Source: Polyangiales bacterium
Lineage (GTDB): Bacteria; Myxococcota_A; Polyangia; Polyangiales; Houyiibacteriaceae
NCBI GenBank assembly: GCA_045106895.1
Contig: JBGCFM010000049.1
Span: 32,495 to 96,494, forward strand
DNA: 64,000 nucleotides
Reading direction: 5' to 3'
Part shown: positions 27,046 to 38,059 of the stretch, one piece after another
Numbering within the stretch: the stretch's first letter is position 1
Layout of the letters: each line of letters opens with the position of its first letter
Position numbers and translations under genes: made by a program
Notes under the pieces: generated by a model
Database searches by the model: none
The model's input: the letters and a program-made list of their open reading frames with translations, nothing else
Told to the model about the DNA's origin: nothing

Positions 27046-28320
27046 CTAGGAAGCGGTGACTTTGAGCCAGAGATAGCAAAGCGCAAACGCTCCTTGGATG
27101 GCCACCCCGGCGAGGCTCGCTTGGAGAAGGCGCTTTGAGGGCCGGCCTTCGCCATGAAAAGGCGTCTGAGTCATGGCTCGGTGGTTGAGGAGCGAGAGGA
27201 TAGGCGCTGTCAGAAAGCTCAGCGTCGTGGCTAGATCGACCATGGCTTTGAGGGATGAGAGGGCAAAGGCCAGAACGCCCAGGCTTCCACACGCCAGTAG
27301 CAACATGGCGATCCAGTAGGCGCGGCGGCTCTTCGCGCCCTCGGTGCGCTCCTCAAAGGGGGTCTCCGGCTCAGCAAAGCGCTCGACGAGAACCGAAAGT
27401 GCCCGGGGGAATCCATCGAGCACCGTCAACGTGGTGGAGAACATCACCAGGAGCGCCGCCGTCGCGATAAGGGGCCGGCTCCATCCGCCCAAGGTGTCCG
27501 CATAGAGCTGGACGAGTTGCGCGCCGAAGGCACCAGCTCCGCCCTCCAGCTCCTGTCCGCTCAAGACCGCCGCGCCAAGAATCACGAAGCAGAGCGCAAG
27601 CATCACCGTGCCGCCATACCCGATGTGGAAGTCGAGCATGCTGTCGCGGTAGGAGAGAGTGCCGCGTTCTTTGGCTTTCGCGAGGGTCCACAAGGACTGC
27701 CAAACGGACACGTCGATGGCGCTGGGCATCCACCCGATGAGCGCCGCGACGAAGAGCACATCGGGGACCGACCAAGCGCCGAAGTCCGGCCAGAGCGAGA
27801 CGTCGCTGAGTTTCGGCACCGCCATGATCGTCGCCATGAGCGTCGCCACGGTGAAGATGGCCACGGCGACTTTGGTGACGCGGTCGAGCCACTTGTATTG
27901 GCCGACGCCGAGGAGCGCGCCGCAGAAGACGAGAAGCGCCGCGCTGGCGATGATGGGCGAGACGCTAAGCCCCGTGATGTGGATCAGCAGCCCGGCGGTG
28001 ACGACGGTGACGGCTGCTTGCACCGTCCACATGGTGGCGAGCGTCAGCAGCAAATAGAGGACGAGGGCCGGGCGCCCCTGGCGTCGATACCCTTCCAAGA
28101 GGGACACGCCGCTTGCTGATGCGTAGTGCGCGCCGAAACGGAAGGCCGGGTACTTCACGAGGTTCGCCACGAGCACGAAGGCGACGAGGGAGAGGCCGTA
28201 CGTAGCACCGGCGCGTGTCGATTGCACCAGGTGGCTGACACCCACCGCCGCACCCGCGAAGATGAGACCCGGGCCAAGGGCTGCCAATAACGAACGGCGG
28301 GCGGGTGGAGTGACGCTCAT
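27046..28320 (-). CDS. NRAMP-like divalent metal cation transporter
   Basis: LGPGLIFAGAAVGVSHLVQSTRAGA, GWMPSAID, ~11 TM. Confidence 0.85.
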   Translation of the reverse strand: MSVTPPARRSLLAALGPGLIFAGAAVGVSHLVQSTRAGATYGLSLVAFVLVANLVKYPAFRFGAHYASASGVSLLEGYRRQGRPALVLYLLLTLATMWTVQAAVTVVTAGLLIHITGLSVSPIIASAALLVFCGALLGVGQYKWLDRVTKVAVAIFTVATLMATIMAVPKLSDVSLWPDFGAWSVPDVLFVAALIGWMPSAIDVSVWQSLWTLAKAKERGTLSYRDSMLDFHIGYGGTVMLALCFVILGAAVLSGQELEGGAGAFGAQLVQLYADTLGGWSRPLIATAALLVMFSTTLTVLDGFPRALSVLVERFAEPETPFEERTEGAKSRRAYWIAMLLLACGSLGVLAFALSSLKAMVDLATTLSFLTAPILSLLNHRAMTQTPFHGEGRPSKRLLQASLAGVAIQGAFALCYLWLKVTAS

Positions 28321-28378
28321 GTTCGTGTCCTCGGCGGTCGAACGTGCACTTGAGCGCGCGGACGAAAACGAGGTGACG

Positions 28379-28963
28379 TCATCGTCGCTTGATGCCGGGG
28401 CCGGTGATCTCGTCCCATGAAGGGAGCTCGCCGTTGGGACCCACGCTCACGACGCGCTGCCGGATCACGACGCGCGTGACGTGAGACGTTTCGGAAACGC
28501 GGAGTCGGCTGCCGAGGCCTGTCGCGAACACGGCCGCGCCTCCGATCTCCGGAAAGGGGTGGCTCACCTCGACAATGAGCCCAGACTCATTACGGCGTTG
28601 GCCGCCGACGAGTCGCGCGCCGAGGCTGGCGTGCTCCGTGTTGACGACGCCGTCGTTGCGGTTTCGAACCTCGATGCATTTCAAGTCTGGACCGAGCCCG
28701 TAGATGCGGTTTCGCGTCCAGAGTTCGACGGCGACCCAAGGGCCGTCGAGGAGCCCGGGCTCGCCTACCTCGCGGCGAACGTCGATGTCGACGGGAGCGC
28801 CGCTGGGCGTGCTCGCTCGGCTTGGCGTCGCCGGCGCGGGGGGGATTGCGGCCCCCGCCAAGGGAGAAGCGGGCGAACGGCTCTGCGCCACCGGTCCTTC
28901 CAGCGCTTGGCGTTCCGGGCTGTCGGGGTCGCGAAAGCCGTGTTTGGTGTCCCGTTTTGGCAC
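28379..28963 (-). CDS. Hypothetical protein (Pro-rich N-terminus, compact beta-rich C-terminal domain)
   Basis: Start GTG 28963 chosen to avoid overlap with the upstream gene; VELWTRNRIY...HASLGARLVGGQ domain. Confidence 0.6.
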   Translation of the reverse strand: MPKRDTKHGFRDPDSPERQALEGPVAQSRSPASPLAGAAIPPAPATPSRASTPSGAPVDIDVRREVGEPGLLDGPWVAVELWTRNRIYGLGPDLKCIEVRNRNDGVVNTEHASLGARLVGGQRRNESGLIVEVSHPFPEIGGAAVFATGLGSRLRVSETSHVTRVVIRQRVVSVGPNGELPSWDEITGPGIKRR

Positions 28964-28973
28964 GGCCGCTACC

Positions 28974-29569
28974 CTAGCACTCTCGGGCGCAGCGCCGAAG
29001 CACCAGCATGAAGTTGTTCGCGGGCATCGCGACCCGTTCCTCGAGCTCCAGACCGTGCGCGCGGGCCATCGTTTCGAGATCTTCGACGGAGCGAAGGCCC
29101 CAAGCCGGGTTTCGACTCCGCAGCGACGCATCGAAACGCGCGTTGCTCTCGGCCGTATGCTCTCCGTCGACGAGGTAGGGCCCATACGTGATCAGAGGCG
29201 CGTGGGCAGGGAGCAGCATGGCGGCGCCCTTCATGAGCGCCTCGCTCGCTTCGATGGGCGAGATATGAATCATGTTGGCGCATAGAACGGCGTCCGCCTG
29301 GGTCACGGGCCAGGGCTCGCGCACATCGAGGCGAAGGGGCGGCAGCATGTTTGCGGGGCCTTCGTTTTGCCACGCGCGAATGCTCGCAAGGTTCTCTTCG
29401 TCCAGGTCCGTCGCTTGCCAAGTCCAGGTCGGCACCGCGCTCGCGAAAGCGTGGGCGTGCTGCCCGGAGCCGCTGGCGATCTCCACGACGCGTGCTTCAT
29501 GAGGGAGTACCCGCTGGAGCACCCCAAGGATCGCATCGCGGTTTCGTTCCGGCGCCGGCCAAACTTTCT

Positions 29570-29573
<4 letters not shown>
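28974..29573 (-). CDS. DUF938-family SAM-dependent methyltransferase
   Basis: APERNRDAIL, VEIASGSGQH, NMIHISP, YGPY, SNARFD.SL, MPANN. Confidence 0.92.
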
Positions 29574-31225
<1,652 letters not shown>

Positions 31226-31231
<6 letters not shown>

Positions 31232-32524
31232 AGCGTCAGAGTTCACCACAGGGGCCGGAGGAGAGCAATCGTGGCGCTCTACGCGCTGCTCGTCTGCTCT
31301 GCGTGCGCCGCGCCTAGGGCGAGCGTTGAATCGCAGCCCACGACGCCGGCGCCGCAAGAGACCACCGAGGCGAGGCCCCCACACGTGGAGGTCGAGGTGC
31401 CACTAGCGCCGCCGGAGCCGCCGGCACGAGCGCCGCTCCCGCGTGAGACGAAGCGCCCAGCACTCGCCCTCGGCGCACAACACAGCTGTCTCCTCAGCGC
31501 CCAGGGAGAGATCTTCTGCTGGGGCGCGAACCGCTTCGGTCAGCTCGGGCATGGCGGGGAAATGGGGTACCGCGAGTTTGAAACGCGGCCCCAGCGTGTA
31601 GGCGAAGGCTACATTCGGATCGCCGGCGGAACGTGGAACACGTGTGGGCTGCGCGAGGATGGACAGGTGGACTGCTGGGGCCACGGCGGCTTCGGGCAGC
31701 TCGGCGGGGAGCGCCTCGACAGCCCCTCACCTCTGCGTATGGACGTCGACGATGTCGTAGAGATGGCGGTCGGAGGCGGGCATATTTGTTTGCTCCGCCG
31801 AGACTCGACCTTGTGGTGCCGCGGCGACAACGCCATGGGCCAACTCGGACTCTCCGAGCGCGGCGCGCACCCTTCTTTTGAGAACGTAGGCTTCGCGGAT
31901 TCTGTGTATGCCGGGCGAGCTCATACCTGCGTTCGTGACGGCGCGGAACTCTCGTGTTTCGGTGAGAACCTCGACGCGCAGCTCGGTAGCGGAGAGCGCA
32001 GTGACGCGCAGTATTCCCGCACCCCGGTTTTGTCAGTTGGAGCAAGCGAGACGTACCGCGGTTTTGCGCTTGGCGGCGGACACTCCTGTGTTGTCCGCGG
32101 CGACCACGGATACTGCTGGGGCCGAAACGACAGCTTCCAGCTCGGCGCCGCCGCCACCGAAGACGAAGGGCCCACGCGTTACGTTCCGGCCCCCTTCGAC
32201 GTGGGCGTCGTCGACGAGCTCGCGCTGGGCGCTCGTTTTACCTGTGCCCTCGCCGAGGGCCGCGTCCAGTGCATGGGCCTTGGTCACCGCGGCCAGATTG
32301 GCGACGGAGGCCGACGTATGCGTCGAACGTGGACACGAGTCCCGAACCTGCGCGACGCCTCCCATGTCGCCACGGGCGCTGAGCACGCGTGCGCCGTCTC
32401 CAGGGGAAGCGTGCGTTGCTGGGGTTCAGGTCGCCGCGGTCAGCTCGGCGACGCCCACTCGGAAGATCGCGCGCGGCCCGTTCGTGTCGTCGGGCTTCGA
32501 CGCGACCAGCTTCAAGCTGAGTGA
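31226..32524 (+). CDS. RCC1/BLIP-II repeat beta-propeller lipoprotein
   Basis: Repeated H[ST]C....G...CWG.N..GQLG; lipobox-like VCSAC; start ATG 31226 or GTG 31271. Confidence 0.88.
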
Positions 32525-32572
32525 GTGTTTCTTCTTGGGCCTAGCCGTGGCTCTGAATCACCGCCGCCACGC

Positions 32573-33034
32573 TCAGCGTCGCAGATGAAGCACTAGGTTC
32601 GTTCGAAGGTCTTTCACCCCGTACACGTCTTCGTATCCGACTACCTCGTATCCGCGTCGAAGGTAGAAGTTGCGATTGTCTGGAAACGCAGAGCGCGCCG
32701 AACACTCAACGCGCGCGCATCCGGCGTTCGCTGCGTGTGCTTCGACGGCGTCCAGGAGCGTGCCGGCGTGACCGCGCCTTCGCCTCCCCGGCAGCACGCA
32801 CAGTCTTGTGAAGTACAAGCTTCGGCCTTCGAGGCGATAGCGACAGGCTCCAACGACGTGGTCGCCGTCGTCGCTGACGAGAAGGAGCACGCCGGCGTCG
32901 ATGGCGGCGGCGGCTTCGTCCCAGCTCTCGCGCAACGCCGAGGAGGGGTAGGGACACGTCGCGGTCTCGGCGAAAGCGGCGCGCGTGAGCGCTTGAAGGA
33001 GACCCGCTTCGCCCGGAGTCGCGCGCCGGATCAC
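32573..33034 (-). CDS. GNAT-family N-acetyltransferase
   Basis: IRRAT, LCVLPGRRRRGHAGTLL (acetyl-CoA motif A), FYLRRGY. Confidence 0.88.
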   Translation of the reverse strand: MIRRATPGEAGLLQALTRAAFAETATCPYPSSALRESWDEAAAAIDAGVLLLVSDDGDHVVGACRYRLEGRSLYFTRLCVLPGRRRRGHAGTLLDAVEAHAANAGCARVECSARSAFPDNRNFYLRRGYEVVGYEDVYGVKDLRTNLVLHLRR

Positions 33035-34137
33035 TTGCGTTCGTATCGCGGAAGAAGCACCCGCATCGTGGTTCCGACGCCGACTTCGCTTTCGACGATG
33101 AGCGTTCCTTTGAGCCGGGTCACGAGGTGTTTTACCAGCGGGAGCCCGAGCCCCGCGCTGTCGAGTCGCGTCGTGAATCCGGTCTCGAAGGCGCGCTGTT
33201 GGGCGGGCCCGTCAAGTCCCTCGCCGTCGTCTTGAATTCGAAGGTCAAGTTCATCTCCCTCGCGGACCGCGGTGACCCGGACGGGGCCCTTCGTGGACGC
33301 GTCGAGGGCGTTCTCGATGAGGTTCGACGCGATCGCGCGAAGATCTCGGGTCCGGGCGAAGACGCGCAGGTCGTCGTCGATGATCGCGCGGACGCCAATG
33401 CCTCGCGCCTTGGCGCGTGCGCTCGCCTCCATCACCACGCTGCGTAGAATCGGCGTCGCGTTCACACCGCCGGGCGGGGGCGGTTCGGTGCCAGCTCCTT
33501 CATCGCGTCGCTGGACTTTGTACATCAGCGCCTGCGTCGTCACATCAAGCTGCTCTAAGAGCGATTTTCGCTCGCTGTCGTGAAGCGTCTCGACGGCTTG
33601 GCGGATGAGGTCGTGCAGTCGCATGAGCTGGGAGGCGATGGAGTCGACGAGATCTTCGCTCGTGTCCTTGGCTTTGTCTGGGAGCAAGAGAACGCGCTGG
33701 TCGTCGTCGTCATCGAGGGAGAACACGCGCACGCCCTCTTCCTCGAGGTAGGCGTGTCCGGCCTCCGTGGCGTCTTGCTCCAGCCGCTTGAGTAAGTCGC
33801 CGTCGAGGCTCACGCCAACGAGCTCTTCAATAGCGGCTCGAAGGTCGCCTCCGTAGTCTACGCCCAAGGCGTCGATGGCGGGCGCTGAGATCGGCGTGAC
33901 GTTTTGCCCGCGAACTCGGAGATGGAAGAGCGAGAAGGCACGGGCGATGCGAAAGTCGATGCGTTGAGCGACGCCCAGTGGTTCCGTCGGCGGGCGCGTC
34001 GCCTCCAAGATTTGCTCGATGAGCTTGTCTGGGACGCCGGCTTTCTTCGCCGCTTGGATCTTCTCTCGCACAATCTCTCGCTTGCCTGCCTGGCTGACGG
34101 AGAGAAGTTGCTCGAGGGCGACGAATGCCTCGTTCAT
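33031..34137 (-). CDS. Soluble histidine kinase-like protein (HATPase_c with atypical dimerisation domain)
   Basis: N-box NLIENALDA, G1 DDGEG, F-box FETGFTT, G2 GLGL; no canonical H-box and no TM. Confidence 0.8.
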   Translation of the reverse strand: MNEAFVALEQLLSVSQAGKREIVREKIQAAKKAGVPDKLIEQILEATRPPTEPLGVAQRIDFRIARAFSLFHLRVRGQNVTPISAPAIDALGVDYGGDLRAAIEELVGVSLDGDLLKRLEQDATEAGHAYLEEEGVRVFSLDDDDDQRVLLLPDKAKDTSEDLVDSIASQLMRLHDLIRQAVETLHDSERKSLLEQLDVTTQALMYKVQRRDEGAGTEPPPPGGVNATPILRSVVMEASARAKARGIGVRAIIDDDLRVFARTRDLRAIASNLIENALDASTKGPVRVTAVREGDELDLRIQDDGEGLDGPAQQRAFETGFTTRLDSAGLGLPLVKHLVTRLKGTLIVESEVGVGTTMRVLLPRYERK

Positions 34138-34184
34138 GATCAGAAGATAGCGCGAGACAGCGCGTGCTCGTCAAGAAGTGCGGG

Positions 34185-35210
34185 TTAGCGAGCTGCAGCG
34201 CCTCGAGCCGGGAAGCCAAAGCTGGTGAGCAAGCGAATGGTCCCGCGTTCCGAGTCGATGGCGTAGAGTTCACCGCCGCAGGAGAAGCCGTAGAGGTCGC
34301 TTCCGAAGGCGGCGAGTCCCCACAAACAGGTCTGGCCCAGCATGCCGATGATCTCGCCGCGCCCATCCGGCATGATCTCGCAGAGCGCGTTCGTCGCGGT
34401 CATGCTGGCCGGGTTGTCGGAAATGGTCGCGAGGAGGCGAGAGCCGACGAAGGCGATGTCGCCGGAAGATACCCAACCTGGGGGGAAGCGTCCGACGACC
34501 TCTTGGCGTCCGCTCCCGATCTCGTATCGCACGACCTCGTCGTCGAGGGCCGCGCCGTAGAGGGCGCCGTCGGGTCCGATGTCCAGGGCGACAAGCTCGC
34601 GGGTCGTCGGGATGATGAGCTCGGCGAAACCGCGGAACCGGTCGTAGGTGTAGATTCCCGCGAAGTCGACGGCGTAGAGAGTACCGTCGGGGCCCAGCGC
34701 GATGTCCGTGAACACGGGGAAGTTCGCGACTCGTTCCGAGCGACCCGAAGGGAGGTCGACGGACCAGAGGCCAAACTCATCGTGAACAAAGGCACGGGCA
34801 ATGCAGCCGGCGTCTACGTCGCAACGAGTGCTCACCGGACACAGCGTATCGTCCGGTTGGTGAGTGCAGCCGATGGGTTCTTCGCAGACATCGACGGTGC
34901 ACTCGATGCCGTCGTCGCACGGAACAGGGGTGCTCACGCAGCCCGACGCGAGATCGCAGCGCTGAGCGGAGCATTGGAGGTCGAGCTGGCACAACCCGTT
35001 GTCGGCGGCGTACACACAGCTGCCACGACGACATTCCGCGACGGCGCAAGAGACGCCATCCATGCAGTCTTGCGCTCGAAAGCACTCAGGCGCCGAGCCG
35101 TCGAGGTCAAAGTCGTACTCTTCTAAAGGAGTCTTCGAGCCGCAAGCGAGAGCGAACGACGCGAGGAGCAGAGCTGCGTATCGGGCGCCGCGCCAAGGAC
35201 CCCTAGCCAT
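34185..35210 (-). CDS. Lipoprotein with Cys-rich repeats and C-terminal beta-propeller
   Basis: ALAC lipobox; CDDGIECTVDVC-type repeats; DIALGPDGTLY, SSGDIAF, LWGLAAFG..LYGF. Confidence 0.78.
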   Translation of the reverse strand: MARGPWRGARYAALLLASFALACGSKTPLEEYDFDLDGSAPECFRAQDCMDGVSCAVAECRRGSCVYAADNGLCQLDLQCSAQRCDLASGCVSTPVPCDDGIECTVDVCEEPIGCTHQPDDTLCPVSTRCDVDAGCIARAFVHDEFGLWSVDLPSGRSERVANFPVFTDIALGPDGTLYAVDFAGIYTYDRFRGFAELIIPTTRELVALDIGPDGALYGAALDDEVVRYEIGSGRQEVVGRFPPGWVSSGDIAFVGSRLLATISDNPASMTATNALCEIMPDGRGEIIGMLGQTCLWGLAAFGSDLYGFSCGGELYAIDSERGTIRLLTSFGFPARGAAAR

Positions 35211-35230
35211 ACGCTCGGCGGGTTGCGCTA

Positions 35231-35309
35231 TGGTCAGAGTGCTTCGATTTCGCTGTCCGCGAAGCGATGAACTGTGGTGCATTTTTGATCGCAGGGGACG
35301 AGTGAAGGC
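35231..35309 (-). repeat. ~80-bp dispersed intergenic element, copy A
   Basis: Reverse complement aligns to 51632-51712 with 68 of 81 positions identical (hand alignment). Confidence 0.85.
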
Positions 35310-35351
35310 TTGCTCCGGCCGCAACGCAGCCGGGCGTAGTTATGATGTGTC

Positions 35352-36422
35352 CTAAGCTTCGGTCCGGCGGAGAACCGTCATCCAGTAGTCGAGGTCGAGG
35401 ACAACGTTCTCGTGCCAGCGTTCTTTCTCGCCCACCATCACACGGCGTGGGGGAGGCGAAGCCGGGTCGATGTTCTTGTAACCATTCAGGCGGCAGCGAA
35501 CGAAACCAACGTCGCTACGACCCGGGGCCTCCGCCGTCTCAAGGATCTCCGTGCGCGCATAGAGGGTGTCTCCACCGAAGGTCGGCGCCGAGTGCGTGCC
35601 GCCGTTGAACCCGGCGATTCCCACCGCGTTCTCAAGGCCGGCGAAGGCGAGGGCGTGGCAAACACTCATCACGTGTCCGCCGTACATGAGCCGCCGGCCG
35701 AAGCGCGACTCGCTCATGCCGTGGCCATCGAAGTGAACCTTCGCGGTGTTCTGGTAGAGCCTCGTTGCGCTCATATGGTCGGCGTCTTCGATGGTCATGC
35801 CGCCGGCGTGAGCGAGCTCTTGCCCCGCTTCGTAGTCTTCGAAGAAACGCGCGCCGCCGGTCTCGTAGAGTTCGCCGACGGGCGCTTCGAAGCCCGCCGG
35901 GATGACGAGCTCGTCCACGGTGAGCGCCGCCTTCGTTTTCGGCGGCGAGGCGACGGGCGCTGGCGAGGAAGGGTCGCGCTTATGAACCATCACCCAGCGG
36001 ACGTAGCGAAGCACGGCCTCGCCGTCTTGGTTGAGGCCCGTCGTCTCGACCCAAACGATACCGGTCTTGCCGCTCGAGTTCTCTTTCACGCCGAGGACCT
36101 TGGACTCCGCGCGCAGCGTGTCACCGGGATAGACGCTCTTTAGGAAAACCAGCTCGGCATAACCAAGGTTGGCGACGGCGTTCAGGGAGATGTCTCCGAC
36201 GCTCTTTCCGAAGACCATGTGAAAGACGAGAAGGTCGTTCACAGTCTCACGTCGGAGGCCCAGCCGCTGAGCGAAGGTCGACGCGCAATGAAGCGGTCGG
36301 CGGTCGCCGGTGAGGGCCACGTAGAGCGACTGGTCGCCCTCCGTCACCGTCCGCGGAATTGCGTGTTTCAACGTGAGGCCCGGATGAAAGTCCTCGAAGA
36401 AGTTACCGTTCGTCTCGGCCAT
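35352..36422 (-). CDS. mch: Mesaconyl-CoA hydratase (double MaoC/hot-dog fold)
   Basis: GNFFEDF...PRTVTEGD, FGKSVGDISLNAVANLGY, second FFEDY domain, ATRLYQNTAKVHF; last gene of the ecm-ccr operon. Confidence 0.88.
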   Translation of the reverse strand: MAETNGNFFEDFHPGLTLKHAIPRTVTEGDQSLYVALTGDRRPLHCASTFAQRLGLRRETVNDLLVFHMVFGKSVGDISLNAVANLGYAELVFLKSVYPGDTLRAESKVLGVKENSSGKTGIVWVETTGLNQDGEAVLRYVRWVMVHKRDPSSPAPVASPPKTKAALTVDELVIPAGFEAPVGELYETGGARFFEDYEAGQELAHAGGMTIEDADHMSATRLYQNTAKVHFDGHGMSESRFGRRLMYGGHVMSVCHALAFAGLENAVGIAGFNGGTHSAPTFGGDTLYARTEILETAEAPGRSDVGFVRCRLNGYKNIDPASPPPRRVMVGEKERWHENVVLDLDYWMTVLRRTEA

Positions 36423-36433
36423 CGTTCTCGTTC

Positions 36434-38059
36434 CTATTCCTCAAGCAGACGGCGCGCGACGACGTGCGCCTGAATCTCGTTGGCACCTTCGAAGATCGAA
36501 AGCACGCGGGCGTCGACGAGGAGACGTGACGCTGTGTATTCGATGGCGTAGCCGTTGCCACCGTGAATCTGCACGTTCGCGTCTGCGCATTCCCATGCCG
36601 CGCGCGTCGCGAGGAGCTTTGCCATGCCCGCTTCAAGGTCGCAGCGCTCGTCGGAGTCCTTGCGTCGGGCGCTAAAGAACGCGAGCTGTCGCGCCGCCTG
36701 AACGCGCGCCACCATGCGGCCAATCTTTCGTGCCACGCGAGGGAACTCGAAGATGGGGCGTCCAAACTGAATCCGCTCTTGCGCGTAGAGTAAGGCGTCG
36801 TCGAGGGCCGCTTGGGCAACACCGACGCCGCGCGCTGCGGTCTGAATGCGCGCGCTCTCAAAAGTCTTCATGAGCTGCTTGAACCCGGCGCCTTCTTGCC
36901 CGCCGAGGAGCGCGTCGCCCGGCACCTTGAAGCCGTCGAAGCTCAGCTCGTACTCCTTCATGCCGCGGTAGCCGAGGACCGCGATCTCTGTACCTTCGAG
37001 CCCTTCGTCGACGAACTCAGGTTCTCCGGGCGCAGGGGACAAACGTGTCTTCGGCGCGAGGAACATGCTCAGGCCCTTGTAGCCCGTCTCTTCATCTGAG
37101 GTTCGGGCGAGGAGCGTCATCAAGTCCGCACGAACGGCGTGGGTGATCCACGTCTTTTGTCCACGAACCAAGTAGCTGCCATCGTCCTGCTTCTGCGCGC
37201 GCGTGCCCAGGTGGGCGAGGTCGCTTCCGACGTTGGGCTCGGTGAAGACCGCCGTCGGCAACACCGAACCGGCGGAGATCTTCGGAAGCCATTCGCTCTT
37301 CTGGGCGTCGGTGCCGCCCCCCATGATGAGCTCCGCCGCGATCTCGGCGCGCGTGCCGAGGGAGCCCACTCCGATGTAGCCGCGACTGAGCTCTTCGGTG
37401 ACCACACACATGGCCACTTTGCTCATGCCGAGGCCACCGAACTCTTCCGGAATGGTCAGGCCAAACACGCCCAGCTCCGCCATCTTGTTGATGAGCTCGA
37501 TCGGAATGAGGATGTCTTCGCCGTGCACACGCTGGGCGATGGGAATCACCTCGCGTTCCGTGAACTTCGCAAACTCCGCTCGGACCTCGCTCAGAACGTC
37601 GCCGTCATCCTCGCGGGAGAGGCCGATGTCCGGCATGCCATCTTTCGCGATCTGGTTGGCGAGGGTGATGTACGCCTCTGCGCTTGCAAGCTCCGCAGAG
37701 AACGCGCGGACCTCTGGCGCTCCAACGGTGCTGGCGACATCTTCGACGGTGAGCCCCAGCTCCGAAAGGGAGACGCTCTCGCAAGGACCGAGGTCAACGC
37801 CGCCAGCGAGGGTTCGTGCTGTTTCGCCGAGGTACGCCGCGGCGACACGCTGCGCGCACTCTCCGCCGACGGCTTCCGCCCAGCCGAAAAGCTCACGGCA
37901 CGCCATCGCTTCGGTGGCGAGGTACGCCAGACCGTGGGCTGCGAGTTGTTCTTGGTTCAGCTTCTTGGAGTTTGGGCGTCCGTCCTCCACGAAACGTTCG
38001 CGTCCGTAGCTAAGAGCGCGTGCTTCCAAGTCGAGAATCGCGTCGAGCACATGCTTCAT
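36434..38059 (-). CDS. mcd: (2S)-methylsuccinyl-CoA dehydrogenase (acyl-CoA dehydrogenase with N-terminal extension)
   Basis: EQLAAHGLAYLAT N-terminal extension, EELSRGYIGVGSLGTR, AVFTEPNVGSDL, VLGYRGMKEY, IFEGANEIQ; start ATG 38059 at TGATG overlap with ccr. Confidence 0.88.
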   Translation of the reverse strand: MKHVLDAILDLEARALSYGRERFVEDGRPNSKKLNQEQLAAHGLAYLATEAMACRELFGWAEAVGGECAQRVAAAYLGETARTLAGGVDLGPCESVSLSELGLTVEDVASTVGAPEVRAFSAELASAEAYITLANQIAKDGMPDIGLSREDDGDVLSEVRAEFAKFTEREVIPIAQRVHGEDILIPIELINKMAELGVFGLTIPEEFGGLGMSKVAMCVVTEELSRGYIGVGSLGTRAEIAAELIMGGGTDAQKSEWLPKISAGSVLPTAVFTEPNVGSDLAHLGTRAQKQDDGSYLVRGQKTWITHAVRADLMTLLARTSDEETGYKGLSMFLAPKTRLSPAPGEPEFVDEGLEGTEIAVLGYRGMKEYELSFDGFKVPGDALLGGQEGAGFKQLMKTFESARIQTAARGVGVAQAALDDALLYAQERIQFGRPIFEFPRVARKIGRMVARVQAARQLAFFSARRKDSDERCDLEAGMAKLLATRAAWECADANVQIHGGNGYAIEYTASRLLVDARVLSIFEGANEIQAHVVARRLLEE

